The position numbers and the translations under genes were made by a program. Positions 54,611-63,375 of a stretch of 64,000 bases of DNA are shown here, piece after piece. Numbering within the stretch: the stretch's first letter is position 1; each line of letters begins with the position of its first letter. The stretch spans positions 6,180 through 70,179 of the forward strand of contig JAKUTY010000004.1 of the NCBI GenBank assembly GCA_022447825.1, read 5' to 3'. Origin of the DNA: SAR202 cluster bacterium. Lineage in GTDB: Bacteria > Chloroflexota > Dehalococcoidia > Lucifugimonadales > UBA826. The notes beneath the pieces were generated by a model that was not told the DNA's origin, did no database searches, and worked only from the letters and a program-made list of their open reading frames with translations.

Positions 54611-56359
54611 ATGATAAATCAAGAATTATTAGATTTAAGATATAGAATTCGGCATTCTGCAGCACATGTTATGGCAGATGTAGTTACTAAAATGTTTCCT
54701 GAAGCAAAACTTGCAATTGGTCCTCCTACTGAGGATGGGTTTTATTACGATTTTCTGTCAGAGAAACCTTTTACTGAAGAAGATTTAGAAGCAATCGAAT
54801 CTGAAATGAGAAAAATTATTCAAGATGATCATCAATTTATATACAGTGAATATGATAGGGAAGAATTGATTGAATTGAACAGAAATGAACCACTAAAACT
54901 TGAAGTGATTTCTGGTATTTCTCAAAATGAAATTCTTTCAACTTTTAAACATGGTGATTTTGAAGATCTATGTGCAGGTCCACATGTTGAATCTACCAGT
55001 AAAATTGTAGCTTTTAAATTATTAAATGTCGCTGGAGCTTATTGGCGAGGAGATGAAAGTCGTCCTATGTTACAACGGATTTACGGGACAGCGTTTGAAT
55101 CTGAACAAGCCTTAAATGACCACTTACATCAAATAGAAGAAGCTCAAAAACGAGATCATAGATTATTAGGGAAACAATTAGACTTATTTTCAATAAATGA
55201 TGAAATTGGTTCAGGTTTAATTATTTGGCACCCAAAAGGGTCTAGAGTTAGAAATATTTTTGAAGATTATTGGAGACTAGAACATTATCAACGTGGTTAT
55301 GATTTGGTTCATACTCCCAATATTGGGAAATCAAATTTATGGAATACCAGTGGGCATTTAGAATTTTTTCAGGAAAATATGTTTCCAGAAATGGAATCAG
55401 ATGGAGTTGAATATTATTTAAAACCTATGAATTGCCCATTTCATATTATGTATTACAGGTCTAATTTGAGAAGTTACAGAGATTTGCCCATGAAGATTGG
55501 GGAGCTTGGAACTGTATATAGATATGAACGAGGAGGGACTCTTCATGGAATGATGAGAGTAAGAGGTTTTACTCAAGATGATGCTCATATTTTTTGCACT
55601 CAAGAACAAATCGAATCTGAAATTGACCAAGTTTTAGATTTAACTTTTGAAATGCTTTCTGCATTTGGGTTTTCTGAATTTTCATTAAATCTATCTACAA
55701 AACCTGACAAAGCAGTTGGGAATGAAGAACAATGGGAAATTGCAGAAAATTCTTTAAAAAACACATTAAATAAACGAGATTTAGAATTTTCTATTGAAGA
55801 GGGTGGGGGTGCTTTTTATGGACCCAAAATTGATGTAAATATTAAAGATGCCATTGGACGTCATTGGCAGTGTACTACTATTCAATTTGATTTTAATTTA
55901 CCCCAGAGATTTGGTTTAACATATATTGCTGAAGACGGTAAAGAACACCAACCTTATATGGTCCATCGAGCCATTTTTGGATCATTAGAACGTTTTATGG
56001 GTATTTTGATTGAACATTTTGGGGGTGCTTTTCCATTATGGCTATCGCCAATCCAAGTTCAAATTATTCCCATTGCAGATCGTCATATTGAGTATGCAGA
56101 GAACATTGTTCATCAACTTCAATCTGAATCTATTCGGGTAACTATTGACTCAAGAAGTGAAAGAATGAACTCCAAAATTAGAGAAGCTCAAATTAACAAA
56201 ATTCCATATATGTTAATAATGGGAGATCGAGAGATAGAATCAGGTACGGTAGGTGTTAGATTAAGATCAGGAGAAGATTTGGGGCCAATTGAAGTTTCTA
56301 ATTTGATAGACCGAATCAAAAATGAAGTTGATACTAAATATATAGATAGCAAAATTTGA
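54611..56359 (+). CDS. thrS: Threonine--tRNA ligase lacking the N-terminal TGS domain
   Basis: Begins at the editing-domain motif RHSAAHVMA. Class II motifs and a C-terminal anticodon-binding domain are present. 582 aa. Confidence 0.94.
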   Translation: MINQELLDLRYRIRHSAAHVMADVVTKMFPEAKLAIGPPTEDGFYYDFLSEKPFTEEDLEAIESEMRKIIQDDHQFIYSEYDREELIELNRNEPLKLEVISGISQNEILSTFKHGDFEDLCAGPHVESTSKIVAFKLLNVAGAYWRGDESRPMLQRIYGTAFESEQALNDHLHQIEEAQKRDHRLLGKQLDLFSINDEIGSGLIIWHPKGSRVRNIFEDYWRLEHYQRGYDLVHTPNIGKSNLWNTSGHLEFFQENMFPEMESDGVEYYLKPMNCPFHIMYYRSNLRSYRDLPMKIGELGTVYRYERGGTLHGMMRVRGFTQDDAHIFCTQEQIESEIDQVLDLTFEMLSAFGFSEFSLNLSTKPDKAVGNEEQWEIAENSLKNTLNKRDLEFSIEEGGGAFYGPKIDVNIKDAIGRHWQCTTIQFDFNLPQRFGLTYIAEDGKEHQPYMVHRAIFGSLERFMGILIEHFGGAFPLWLSPIQVQIIPIADRHIEYAENIVHQLQSESIRVTIDSRSERMNSKIREAQINKIPYMLIMGDREIESGTVGVRLRSGEDLGPIEVSNLIDRIKNEVDTKYIDSKI

Positions 56360-56376
56360 GAAAATGAACTTTTGAA

Positions 56377-56405
56377 TTGATGCATTCTTATTACTGTGCT
56401 ATATT
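56377..56405 (+). promoter_or_regulatory. Candidate extended -10 promoter for infC-rpmI-rplT
   Basis: TTGATG (56377-82), a 17-nt spacer ending in TGC, then TATATT (56400-05). Confidence 0.4.
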
Positions 56406-56439
56406 TTTTATCTTATTAAATAAATAACGGAGAAATCAA

Positions 56440-57006
56440 ATACCTAAAAATTATAGAGTGAATCAGGAAATTCGAGTCCCTTCAGTTTTAGTCGTAGATG
56501 AAAAGGGTGACCAACTGGGTGAAATTAAATTAGATGAAGCTATAGAGATGGCCACTTCTCGAGGTCTAGATTTAGTGGAAGTTGCACCAGCTGCTAAGCC
56601 TCCTGTATGTCGATTTTTAAATTATGGAAAATTTAAATATGAAGCTACAAGAAAAGAAAAAGAAGCTAGAAGAATATCAAAATCAAAGTCTAACAATCAA
56701 CTTCGTGAAGTTCGAATGAAAACCAGAATTGGGGATCATGATAGGCAAGCAAAGACTAGGATGGTAAAAAGATTATTATTAGAAGGCTCTAAGGTAAAAG
56801 TGTCTATAATTTTTCGAGGAAGAGAATCTCAACATCCTCAGATAGGGATGGAATTATTGAAAAGTGTTGCAGAAGATTTGCAAGATGATGCAGTATTGGA
56901 TTCACCACCGAAATTTGAGGGTAGATTTTTAGCAATGATTTTATCTCCTGGAGCTAATTTAAAGAAAGAAATTAATAATAAGGATTTAGAAAGTGCCAAA
57001 GCTTAA
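56440..57006 (+). CDS. infC: Translation initiation factor IF-3, probable non-canonical AUA start
   Basis: GGAG at 56429-32 lies 7 nt before in-frame ATA 56440. This gives IPKNYRVNQEIRVPSVLVVDEKG, matching the IF-3 N-terminal R(I/V)NxxIR pattern. ORF-track GTG 56458 has no SD. Confidence 0.85.
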   Translation: MPKNYRVNQEIRVPSVLVVDEKGDQLGEIKLDEAIEMATSRGLDLVEVAPAAKPPVCRFLNYGKFKYEATRKEKEARRISKSKSNNQLREVRMKTRIGDHDRQAKTRMVKRLLLEGSKVKVSIIFRGRESQHPQIGMELLKSVAEDLQDDAVLDSPPKFEGRFLAMILSPGANLKKEINNKDLESAKA

Positions 57007-57187
57007 GACTCATAAAGGTGCAGCAAAAAGATTCAAAGTAACCGGTTCAGGTAAATTGGTAAGAATGAAAGGATTGAGGAGTCACCTTAGACGTAAAAAA
57101 TCTAATAAAGTGAAAAGGCAATTTTCTTCTACTATTCCTGTAAGTAGTGCAGACGTTCCTAGATTAAAGAAATTATTACCTAAATAA
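56993..57187 (+). CDS. rpmI: 50S ribosomal protein L35
   Basis: MPKLKTHKGAAKRFKVTGSGK signature. GTG start overlapping infC by 14 nt. Confidence 0.95.
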   Translation: MPKLKTHKGAAKRFKVTGSGKLVRMKGLRSHLRRKKSNKVKRQFSSTIPVSSADVPRLKKLLPK

Positions 57188-57201
57188 CTGGAGAAATTAT
57201 C

Positions 57202-57561
57202 GTGACAAGAGTCAAGACTGGCGTAGTTAGGCGTCGAAGACACAAAAAAACTTTAAATATGACAAAAGGCCACCAAGGCGTTAGACATTCTCTTTACCGA
57301 AGAGCTCACGAATCATTGATACATGCTCTTCAATATTCATATGATCACCGCAAAAAGAAAAAAGGTGATATGAGAAGGTTATGGAATGTAAGATTGAATG
57401 CTGCAGCTAGAGATAATGGGATTTCTTACAGTAAATTGATTCATGGAATGAATTTGGCTGGAATTGAAATCAATCGAAAAGTATTGTCTGAAATGGCTAT
57501 CACAGATCCAGAGGCATTTTCAAATATTGTTGATTCTGCAAAACAGGCTTTAGTTGAGTAA
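57202..57561 (+). CDS. rplT: 50S ribosomal protein L20
   Basis: TRVKTGVVRRRRHKK signature, GTG start. Confidence 0.96.
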   Translation: MTRVKTGVVRRRRHKKTLNMTKGHQGVRHSLYRRAHESLIHALQYSYDHRKKKKGDMRRLWNVRLNAAARDNGISYSKLIHGMNLAGIEINRKVLSEMAITDPEAFSNIVDSAKQALVE

Positions 57562-57565
57562 GGCT

Positions 57566-58162
57566 TTATTCTTTAGATAAAATCTTCATATCACTCACTA
57601 ATTTTTCTGGATCTATTGGCGAATTATGTACAACTTTTGCAGATCCGTTTTTGTTGAAAATATATACAGGTGAAGTATGAATTATTCTGTTTTTTGCAGC
57701 TAAGTTTTTGCTTAATTTTTCCATCGGATGTGTATTAATAGGATTGATAAAATAATTCTTCCAAATGGGCTCTAGCGAATTTTTATTACCTGTAATGTAT
57801 GACCAGTTAGATGTGAGTTCCCATTTTTCTATGAAATTATATACAGCTTCTTCTGTGTCATTTTCAGGATCTACACTGATGAGTATTACAGGAGTTTCTT
57901 TTTCGGAATCATTTAAAATCAATGATTGTTTAATTTGAGATGTTACTATTGGGCAAACATTTGAGCATTCGGTAAAAACAAATGTCAATAAAAATATATC
58001 TTGATTCATGTTTGCTGTATCTATAGATTGCCCTTGATGATCAATTACTTTGAATGGAATTGTATTATGATTATTGAGAGGATTTCCTTGAATTACGTCA
58101 AGATCGAGACAAGAAAAAAAAGACGTTATTAATAAAAATAAAAGAAGTAGTTTGAATTTCAA
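57566..58162 (-). CDS. SCO1/SenC copper chaperone lipoprotein
   Basis: Lipobox FFSC, a thioredoxin fold with the CSNVCP (CxxxC) motif, and adjacency to the oxidase genes. Confidence 0.85.
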   Translation of the reverse strand: MKFKLLLLFLLITSFFSCLDLDVIQGNPLNNHNTIPFKVIDHQGQSIDTANMNQDIFLLTFVFTECSNVCPIVTSQIKQSLILNDSEKETPVILISVDPENDTEEAVYNFIEKWELTSNWSYITGNKNSLEPIWKNYFINPINTHPMEKLSKNLAAKNRIIHTSPVYIFNKNGSAKVVHNSPIDPEKLVSDMKILSKE

Positions 58163-58169
58163 AAAAGAA

Positions 58170-58373
58170 TTATGAATTTGTTCGTTTTTCTAAAAAGTAT
58201 GCGATTACGGGTGTAGATATTAATAAAACTAAACCTAGAAGAATGACTCCTATAGTTCCAAGGGCAGTGTGGTGATGTAGTTGATAAAAAATGAATCCTA
58301 AAACAATTGCATATACTGCTATTGCTACAAAAGATACGAGGGGAACTAAAATAGATAAAACAAAATTATTCAC
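58170..58373 (-). CDS. Small two-TM membrane protein of unknown function in the oxidase cluster
   Basis: 67 aa. GTG start preceded by AGGAG 6 nt upstream. Two hydrophobic helices flank a QLHHHT loop. Confidence 0.6.
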   Translation of the reverse strand: MNNFVLSILVPLVSFVAIAVYAIVLGFIFYQLHHHTALGTIGVILLGLVLLISTPVIAYFLEKRTNS

Positions 58374-58392
58374 TTGTTACTCCTAATAAAAA

Positions 58393-59187
58393 TCACTTTT
58401 TATTCGTTTCTTGATCATACCACTTATAGAATGCAAGCACTATAAGGAATAGGAACATAAATCCACTTCCAACCTTCATAATTATTCCACCAATTTGTTG
58501 ATCTAGTAGAGGAGAAATACCAAAAATCCTTTCTGCCTGAATGTAGTGCTGATAAATTGGTTGGCGAGCAAATGTGACAATTCCAAAAACAATAATTTGG
58601 GCAAGAGACATTAGAAACAAATATACCATTTGTAACGGATATGGGAGTTGAGGTATTTGTTTGATTTGGCTACACAGTGGCCACCACATCATTATTGCAG
58701 CAAACATGAATAATAAATGTTCAAAGACATGGACCCAGTGAAATTTTACAGATAATTCATATAAAACAGGTAAATGCCAAACAGAAAATATGAAATTGAA
58801 AAATACGAGTGTAATTAATGGATGAAAAACTATTTTAAATATTTTTAGTGTAATTTTTTGATCGAATAATGGTGAAATAAGCCATTTAGGAGTTCCTAAA
58901 ATCAATAATGGAGGCGAAAGTAGTGTGATAACAACATGTTGAAACATATGTACGCTAAATAAAAAATCATCACTCAAAACATGTATTGGTGATGAGATAG
59001 AAAGGAAAATCATCAGGTTACCTAATGTAAATAATAAGCTTCGATAGGGAGAGTTTGGAACATCAGGATATTTTCGTTTTCGATATGGGCCTGTGAAGTA
59101 TAAATAAGCTAGTTGAAGAGCTCCGAGTCCTAACACTACCTCTATATGCCCGTGCCAATGTAACCAAATAGAATTAGAATTAATCAA
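58393..59187 (-). CDS. ctaG: Cytochrome c oxidase assembly factor CtaG (Bacillus caa3_CtaG type)
   Basis: 264 aa, multi-TM, with MFQHVVITLLSPPLLILGTP and HVFEH motifs. TTG start. Confidence 0.82.
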   Translation of the reverse strand: MINSNSIWLHWHGHIEVVLGLGALQLAYLYFTGPYRKRKYPDVPNSPYRSLLFTLGNLMIFLSISSPIHVLSDDFLFSVHMFQHVVITLLSPPLLILGTPKWLISPLFDQKITLKIFKIVFHPLITLVFFNFIFSVWHLPVLYELSVKFHWVHVFEHLLFMFAAIMMWWPLCSQIKQIPQLPYPLQMVYLFLMSLAQIIVFGIVTFARQPIYQHYIQAERIFGISPLLDQQIGGIIMKVGSGFMFLFLIVLAFYKWYDQETNKK

Positions 59188-59213
59188 ATTTTAATCACGA
59201 GTGAGTCTTGATA

Positions 59214-59513
59214 TTACCATCTTCCAATTCCAAAACTGAAAAGAGCAACTAGAGCAAAAATCACTATTGTTGCAAGAACAACTCCACTAACAAATAAGTA
59301 TGAAAATAACTTATGTTCATATCTTAGATGCATGTAGTACATGACTACTAGAGCAAATTTTGCTGTAGAGAGTACTACTAAAATCGGTACCATCCAATAT
59401 CCAAGGAATTCCAAGTAAAATATTCCAACTTCAACAGCTGTAATGACACTTAAAACCATTGCTATTCTAAAATACTGTTTTGCTGTTGGGTGATGTGCTT
59501 CTTCTTGACTCAT
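59214..59513 (-). CDS. ctaF: Cytochrome c oxidase subunit IV (prokaryotic CtaF-type)
   Basis: 99 aa, 3 TM, HPTAKQYFRIAMVLSVITAVEV pattern. Follows ctaE. Confidence 0.8.
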   Translation of the reverse strand: MSQEEAHHPTAKQYFRIAMVLSVITAVEVGIFYLEFLGYWMVPILVVLSTAKFALVVMYYMHLRYEHKLFSYLFVSGVVLATIVIFALVALFSFGIGRW

Positions 59514-59522
59514 TTTTTTCCT

Positions 59523-60263
59523 TTAAGAACCTGGGAATGGGAATACACCAAATAAGTAGATAACCGTAAATATAACAATCCATACTACGTCAACGAAGTG
59601 CCAGTATAGGGCAGCCAAATCAACATCGAGGTGCCTTTCCGGTGTGATCATTCCTTTTTTATAAGATAAAAATAATAAAGATAATATCCAAATGATACCC
59701 AATGTCACGTGGGCCCCATGAAATCCAGTTAACGTATAAAAGGTAGTTCCAAACAAATTCGTTTGAGGTTGTAATCCATCGTGGGTTTCTACGTGATCTT
59801 CTTTAGCGTTTGCGCACAATTCTTCTTCGTATTCATCAAATATACCGTGTTTCACTATTTTTTCATTACAGGATTCTATATCTACATGAAAAGTTGAGAA
59901 GCTACTAAATTCATATACTTGAAATCCTATAAATGTTGCTCCCATGATTGCAGTAGAAGCCATCCAAATTCTAAAACCGCTGATTTTATTTTGAGTTAGG
60001 GCTGCGTAAGCTAACACCATACTCATACTACTCATTAATAAGACAAAGGTGCTTACTGAAGTTACAGGTATATCAAAAACATCTACCGGATAAGGACCTA
60101 CAAGACTTTTCCCTTGGTATACCAAGTATGTGGCAATTAGTGCTCCAAAAAACATACAATCTGAACCCAAAAAGGCCCACATCAACATTTTTCGATGATT
60201 TAGTCCTGTCGTTGTGTATTCATGATCATCATGATTTGTATCGTTATTTACTTCTGTAGCCAA
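59523..60263 (-). CDS. ctaE: Cytochrome c oxidase subunit III with an internal insertion
   Basis: FLGSDCMFFG and TGFHGAHV motifs. 246 aa, with an extra Cys-containing segment before the FGTTFY helix. TTG start with a GAGGA SD. Confidence 0.9.
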   Translation of the reverse strand: MATEVNNDTNHDDHEYTTTGLNHRKMLMWAFLGSDCMFFGALIATYLVYQGKSLVGPYPVDVFDIPVTSVSTFVLLMSSMSMVLAYAALTQNKISGFRIWMASTAIMGATFIGFQVYEFSSFSTFHVDIESCNEKIVKHGIFDEYEEELCANAKEDHVETHDGLQPQTNLFGTTFYTLTGFHGAHVTLGIIWILSLLFLSYKKGMITPERHLDVDLAALYWHFVDVVWIVIFTVIYLFGVFPFPGS

Positions 60264-60279
60264 TTTATGTCCTCAATTG

Positions 60280-62136
60280 TTATTCTGGATCGTTCACTGG
60301 TTCTAAAGACCAAGAGTAGACACCGATAAATGTAATTATTAACCCTATTCCTGCTATTAAGTATGGGAAAATCAAGTCATTAAATACTACACCATATGCA
60401 CCGACAAATAACCCCAGTGCTACTACAAATGGCCAGTATGAGGCTTGAGGCATATGGATATCGTGGGTTTCCTCTCCTGAACCACCACTAACAGGAACTG
60501 CCCTGTTTTGAGAATCCTGTTTAGTTACCCACCAGTCATCTAATGCAGTGACTACCGGGATTTCGTCAAAATTATGTTCTGGTGGAGGTGAGGAAATCGA
60601 CCATTCTAATGTTCTTCCATCCCAAGGGTCCGAAGGCGCTGTTGGCCCATTTCTCCAGTGCCTGCCTAAGTTATTGATCATTACAAGAAAACCAGCTATC
60701 AGAATAAATACTCCAGCAGTGGCGACTGCATTCCATAGATCCCAACCCATTCCTTCGGCGTATGTATAAATTCTTCTAGGCATACCGTCTAAGCCTACAA
60801 AGTGCATTGGGAAAAAGGTGACATTTTGTCCAATCATCATTAGCCAAAAATGTATTTTCCCTTCTTTTTCACTGTACATTTTTCCACTGTATTTTGGGAA
60901 CCAATAATAAATTCCAGATAAAATCGCCATTATCGCTCCACCAAAAAGAACATAATGAATGTGAGCAGGTACAAAGTAAGTATCTTGTTGTTGTGCATCG
61001 TGAGCTGATACTGCGTGCATGACTCCACTAAGCCCACCAATTAAGAACATTGCTATAAATCCTAAAGAGAATAGCATTGGGGTATTTAATTTAATTGATC
61101 CACCCCATATTGTCCCTATCCAGTTGAACATTTTAATTCCAGTCGGGACCGCAATCAGCATTGTTGTTATTGTGAAAACGGTATTTGCAACAGGACCTAA
61201 TCCAACAGTGAACATATGATGGCTCCAAACCATCCAACCCATGAATGCAATTATTGCCCCAGCAAGAACAACTGTCGCGTATCCAAAAAGTGGTTTTTTG
61301 GAAAAAACCGGTAGAACCTCTGAGACTATTCCCATAGCAGGAAGTATCAAAATGTAAACTTCAGGGTGCCCAAACACCCAAAACAGGTGTTGCCATAATA
61401 CCACTGAGCCTCCATTGGCTACATTAAAAAAATTGAAACCGAAATATCTATCAAAAGTTAATTCTATTAAAGCTACTGTGATAACAGGAAAGGCTAATAC
61501 TAAAAGAATAGCAGTAATGAAAGTCATCCATGTAAATAAAGGAAGTCTCATCCAAGTCATTCCAGGCGCTCGAAGATTAATTATAGTGACTATAAAATTA
61601 AATGCTGATGCTAGGGATGCTATTCCCAAAATTTGTAGACTAATGATCCAAAAATCTATTCCTTTCCCAGGATTTTGATCTATAGATGTCAACGGAGCAT
61701 ATCCGAACCACCCAGCATCTGTAGCGCCACCTATCCAACTTAATTTAAGCATTAATGCTCCACCTAAAAATGTCCAGTAACTGAACGCATTTAACCTTGG
61801 AAATGCTACATCTCGAGCACCAATTTGCAATGGTATTAAATAATTAAAAAATGCAGCACTTAATGGCATGATGGCCAAAAATATCATGGTTGTGCCATGC
61901 ATGGTAAAAAGTTGGTTATATATGGCTGCAGACACAATCCCTAATTCTGGACCAGCAAGCTGAAGTCTCATTAAAGTGGCTTCGACACCACCTGATAAAA
62001 ATAGAAAGAAGGCAGTGATTCCATACAAAATACCTATGCGTTTATGATCTATTGTAGTAAACCAGCTCCAAATACCCGTAGGGTGAACTGGTCTAGGAAT
62101 TCTAATATTTGGTATTGGTATTGGTAATGAACTCAA
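60280..62136 (-). CDS. ctaD: Cytochrome c oxidase subunit I (14-TM Bacillus-like form)
   Basis: TIDHKRIGILYG, WFGYAPL, LFWVFGHPEVYILILP and HHMF motifs. 618 aa. TTG start. Confidence 0.96.
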   Translation of the reverse strand: MSSLPIPIPNIRIPRPVHPTGIWSWFTTIDHKRIGILYGITAFFLFLSGGVEATLMRLQLAGPELGIVSAAIYNQLFTMHGTTMIFLAIMPLSAAFFNYLIPLQIGARDVAFPRLNAFSYWTFLGGALMLKLSWIGGATDAGWFGYAPLTSIDQNPGKGIDFWIISLQILGIASLASAFNFIVTIINLRAPGMTWMRLPLFTWMTFITAILLVLAFPVITVALIELTFDRYFGFNFFNVANGGSVVLWQHLFWVFGHPEVYILILPAMGIVSEVLPVFSKKPLFGYATVVLAGAIIAFMGWMVWSHHMFTVGLGPVANTVFTITTMLIAVPTGIKMFNWIGTIWGGSIKLNTPMLFSLGFIAMFLIGGLSGVMHAVSAHDAQQQDTYFVPAHIHYVLFGGAIMAILSGIYYWFPKYSGKMYSEKEGKIHFWLMMIGQNVTFFPMHFVGLDGMPRRIYTYAEGMGWDLWNAVATAGVFILIAGFLVMINNLGRHWRNGPTAPSDPWDGRTLEWSISSPPPEHNFDEIPVVTALDDWWVTKQDSQNRAVPVSGGSGEETHDIHMPQASYWPFVVALGLFVGAYGVVFNDLIFPYLIAGIGLIITFIGVYSWSLEPVNDPE

Positions 62137-62154
62137 AATTTCTCTCCAAATTGT

Positions 62155-63261
62155 TTACTTTAAGGTGGTTAAATACCCAACAAGTGCAGATATTTCACCT
62201 TCAGTAAGTTTTCTGTCAGGGTTAGTGTATACAACCCCTTGGGCAGCCATAATATTCCCAGGTTTTATACTATTAGGATCCTGAATCCAATTACGCAAGT
62301 TTTCTTGTAAATAAGAGTCATTTACAAGTCCACCATCTTCAGAGTTTGTTAAAACTCCTGCAGCTAAATGCCTTCTAGACGCTACGTGAGCAAGATTTGG
62401 CCCTATTCTGCCTTTGGATCCTTTGTTAACAACTGTTTTTAGTGCATGACAACCACTGCAACCAGCAGTTTTGAATACTTCTTTACCCTCTAAAGCTAAA
62501 GGGTCAGCTGATTCGGTAGCAGGCGTAGATTGGTAGATTAACCAGTCATTGAACTCATTTTCGGGAACAGCGACAACTCTAAACCTCATATTTGCATGAG
62601 AATCTCCACAATATTCTGCACACTGTCCGTAATAAACTCCAGGTTCATCGGCTTCGAACCACATTGTGTTTCCTTCTGCAGGTACCATATCAACTTTTCC
62701 AGCTAATTTTGGTACCCAAAAACTATGAATTACATCAACTGAATCTAATTCAATGGATACTGGATAACCAACTGGAATGTAAACTTCATTAGCTGTCACT
62801 ATCTCTTTATCAGATTCATTAGGGCTAGGATAACGAAATTCAAACCACCATTGGTGGCCAATAGCTTTTAATGTGTGCTGTTCTAGAGCATGTTTTGGAG
62901 GGTCTGCAGCGTAAAACAATGTGTTGATTGTTGGAATAGCAATAATGATTAACATTAGTGCAGGAAGAGACGTCCAAACAAATTCCAATTTTGCGTTACC
63001 ATGAGTTTGTTTGGGAGTTTCAGATTCATCTTTTCTTCTATATTTGATTATTGAGTATGCTAAAACAGCTTCAACTAATACGAACACTATGGCTGCACCG
63101 GCTAAAATCCACCAAAATACATTTAGTTGTCTTTCAGCTACAGGGCCACTAGCATCAAAAGTGGACTGATTATGTTCTGGATAACAACCTGCTAATACCA
63201 TCGATATTGTTAGTACAAACAGTAAAGGGATCACTTGCTTAAATTTATTAAAATTCAACAT
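62155..63261 (-). CDS. ctaC: Cytochrome c oxidase subunit II with fused C-terminal cytochrome c domain (caa3 type)
   Basis: CuA motif HSFWVP...CAEYCGDSHANM and a C-terminal heme-c site CSGCH. Confidence 0.94.
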   Translation of the reverse strand: MLNFNKFKQVIPLLFVLTISMVLAGCYPEHNQSTFDASGPVAERQLNVFWWILAGAAIVFVLVEAVLAYSIIKYRRKDESETPKQTHGNAKLEFVWTSLPALMLIIIAIPTINTLFYAADPPKHALEQHTLKAIGHQWWFEFRYPSPNESDKEIVTANEVYIPVGYPVSIELDSVDVIHSFWVPKLAGKVDMVPAEGNTMWFEADEPGVYYGQCAEYCGDSHANMRFRVVAVPENEFNDWLIYQSTPATESADPLALEGKEVFKTAGCSGCHALKTVVNKGSKGRIGPNLAHVASRRHLAAGVLTNSEDGGLVNDSYLQENLRNWIQDPNSIKPGNIMAAQGVVYTNPDRKLTEGEISALVGYLTTLK

Positions 63262-63375
63262 CTATACTAAGGCAACCTATCTTTAATTTATTTATGATTT
63301 CACACAAGTGTAAACAGTACAAAATCAAAACGGAATCGTCAATAAAATTTTATCACGAACTGAGGAAGTGAACTA

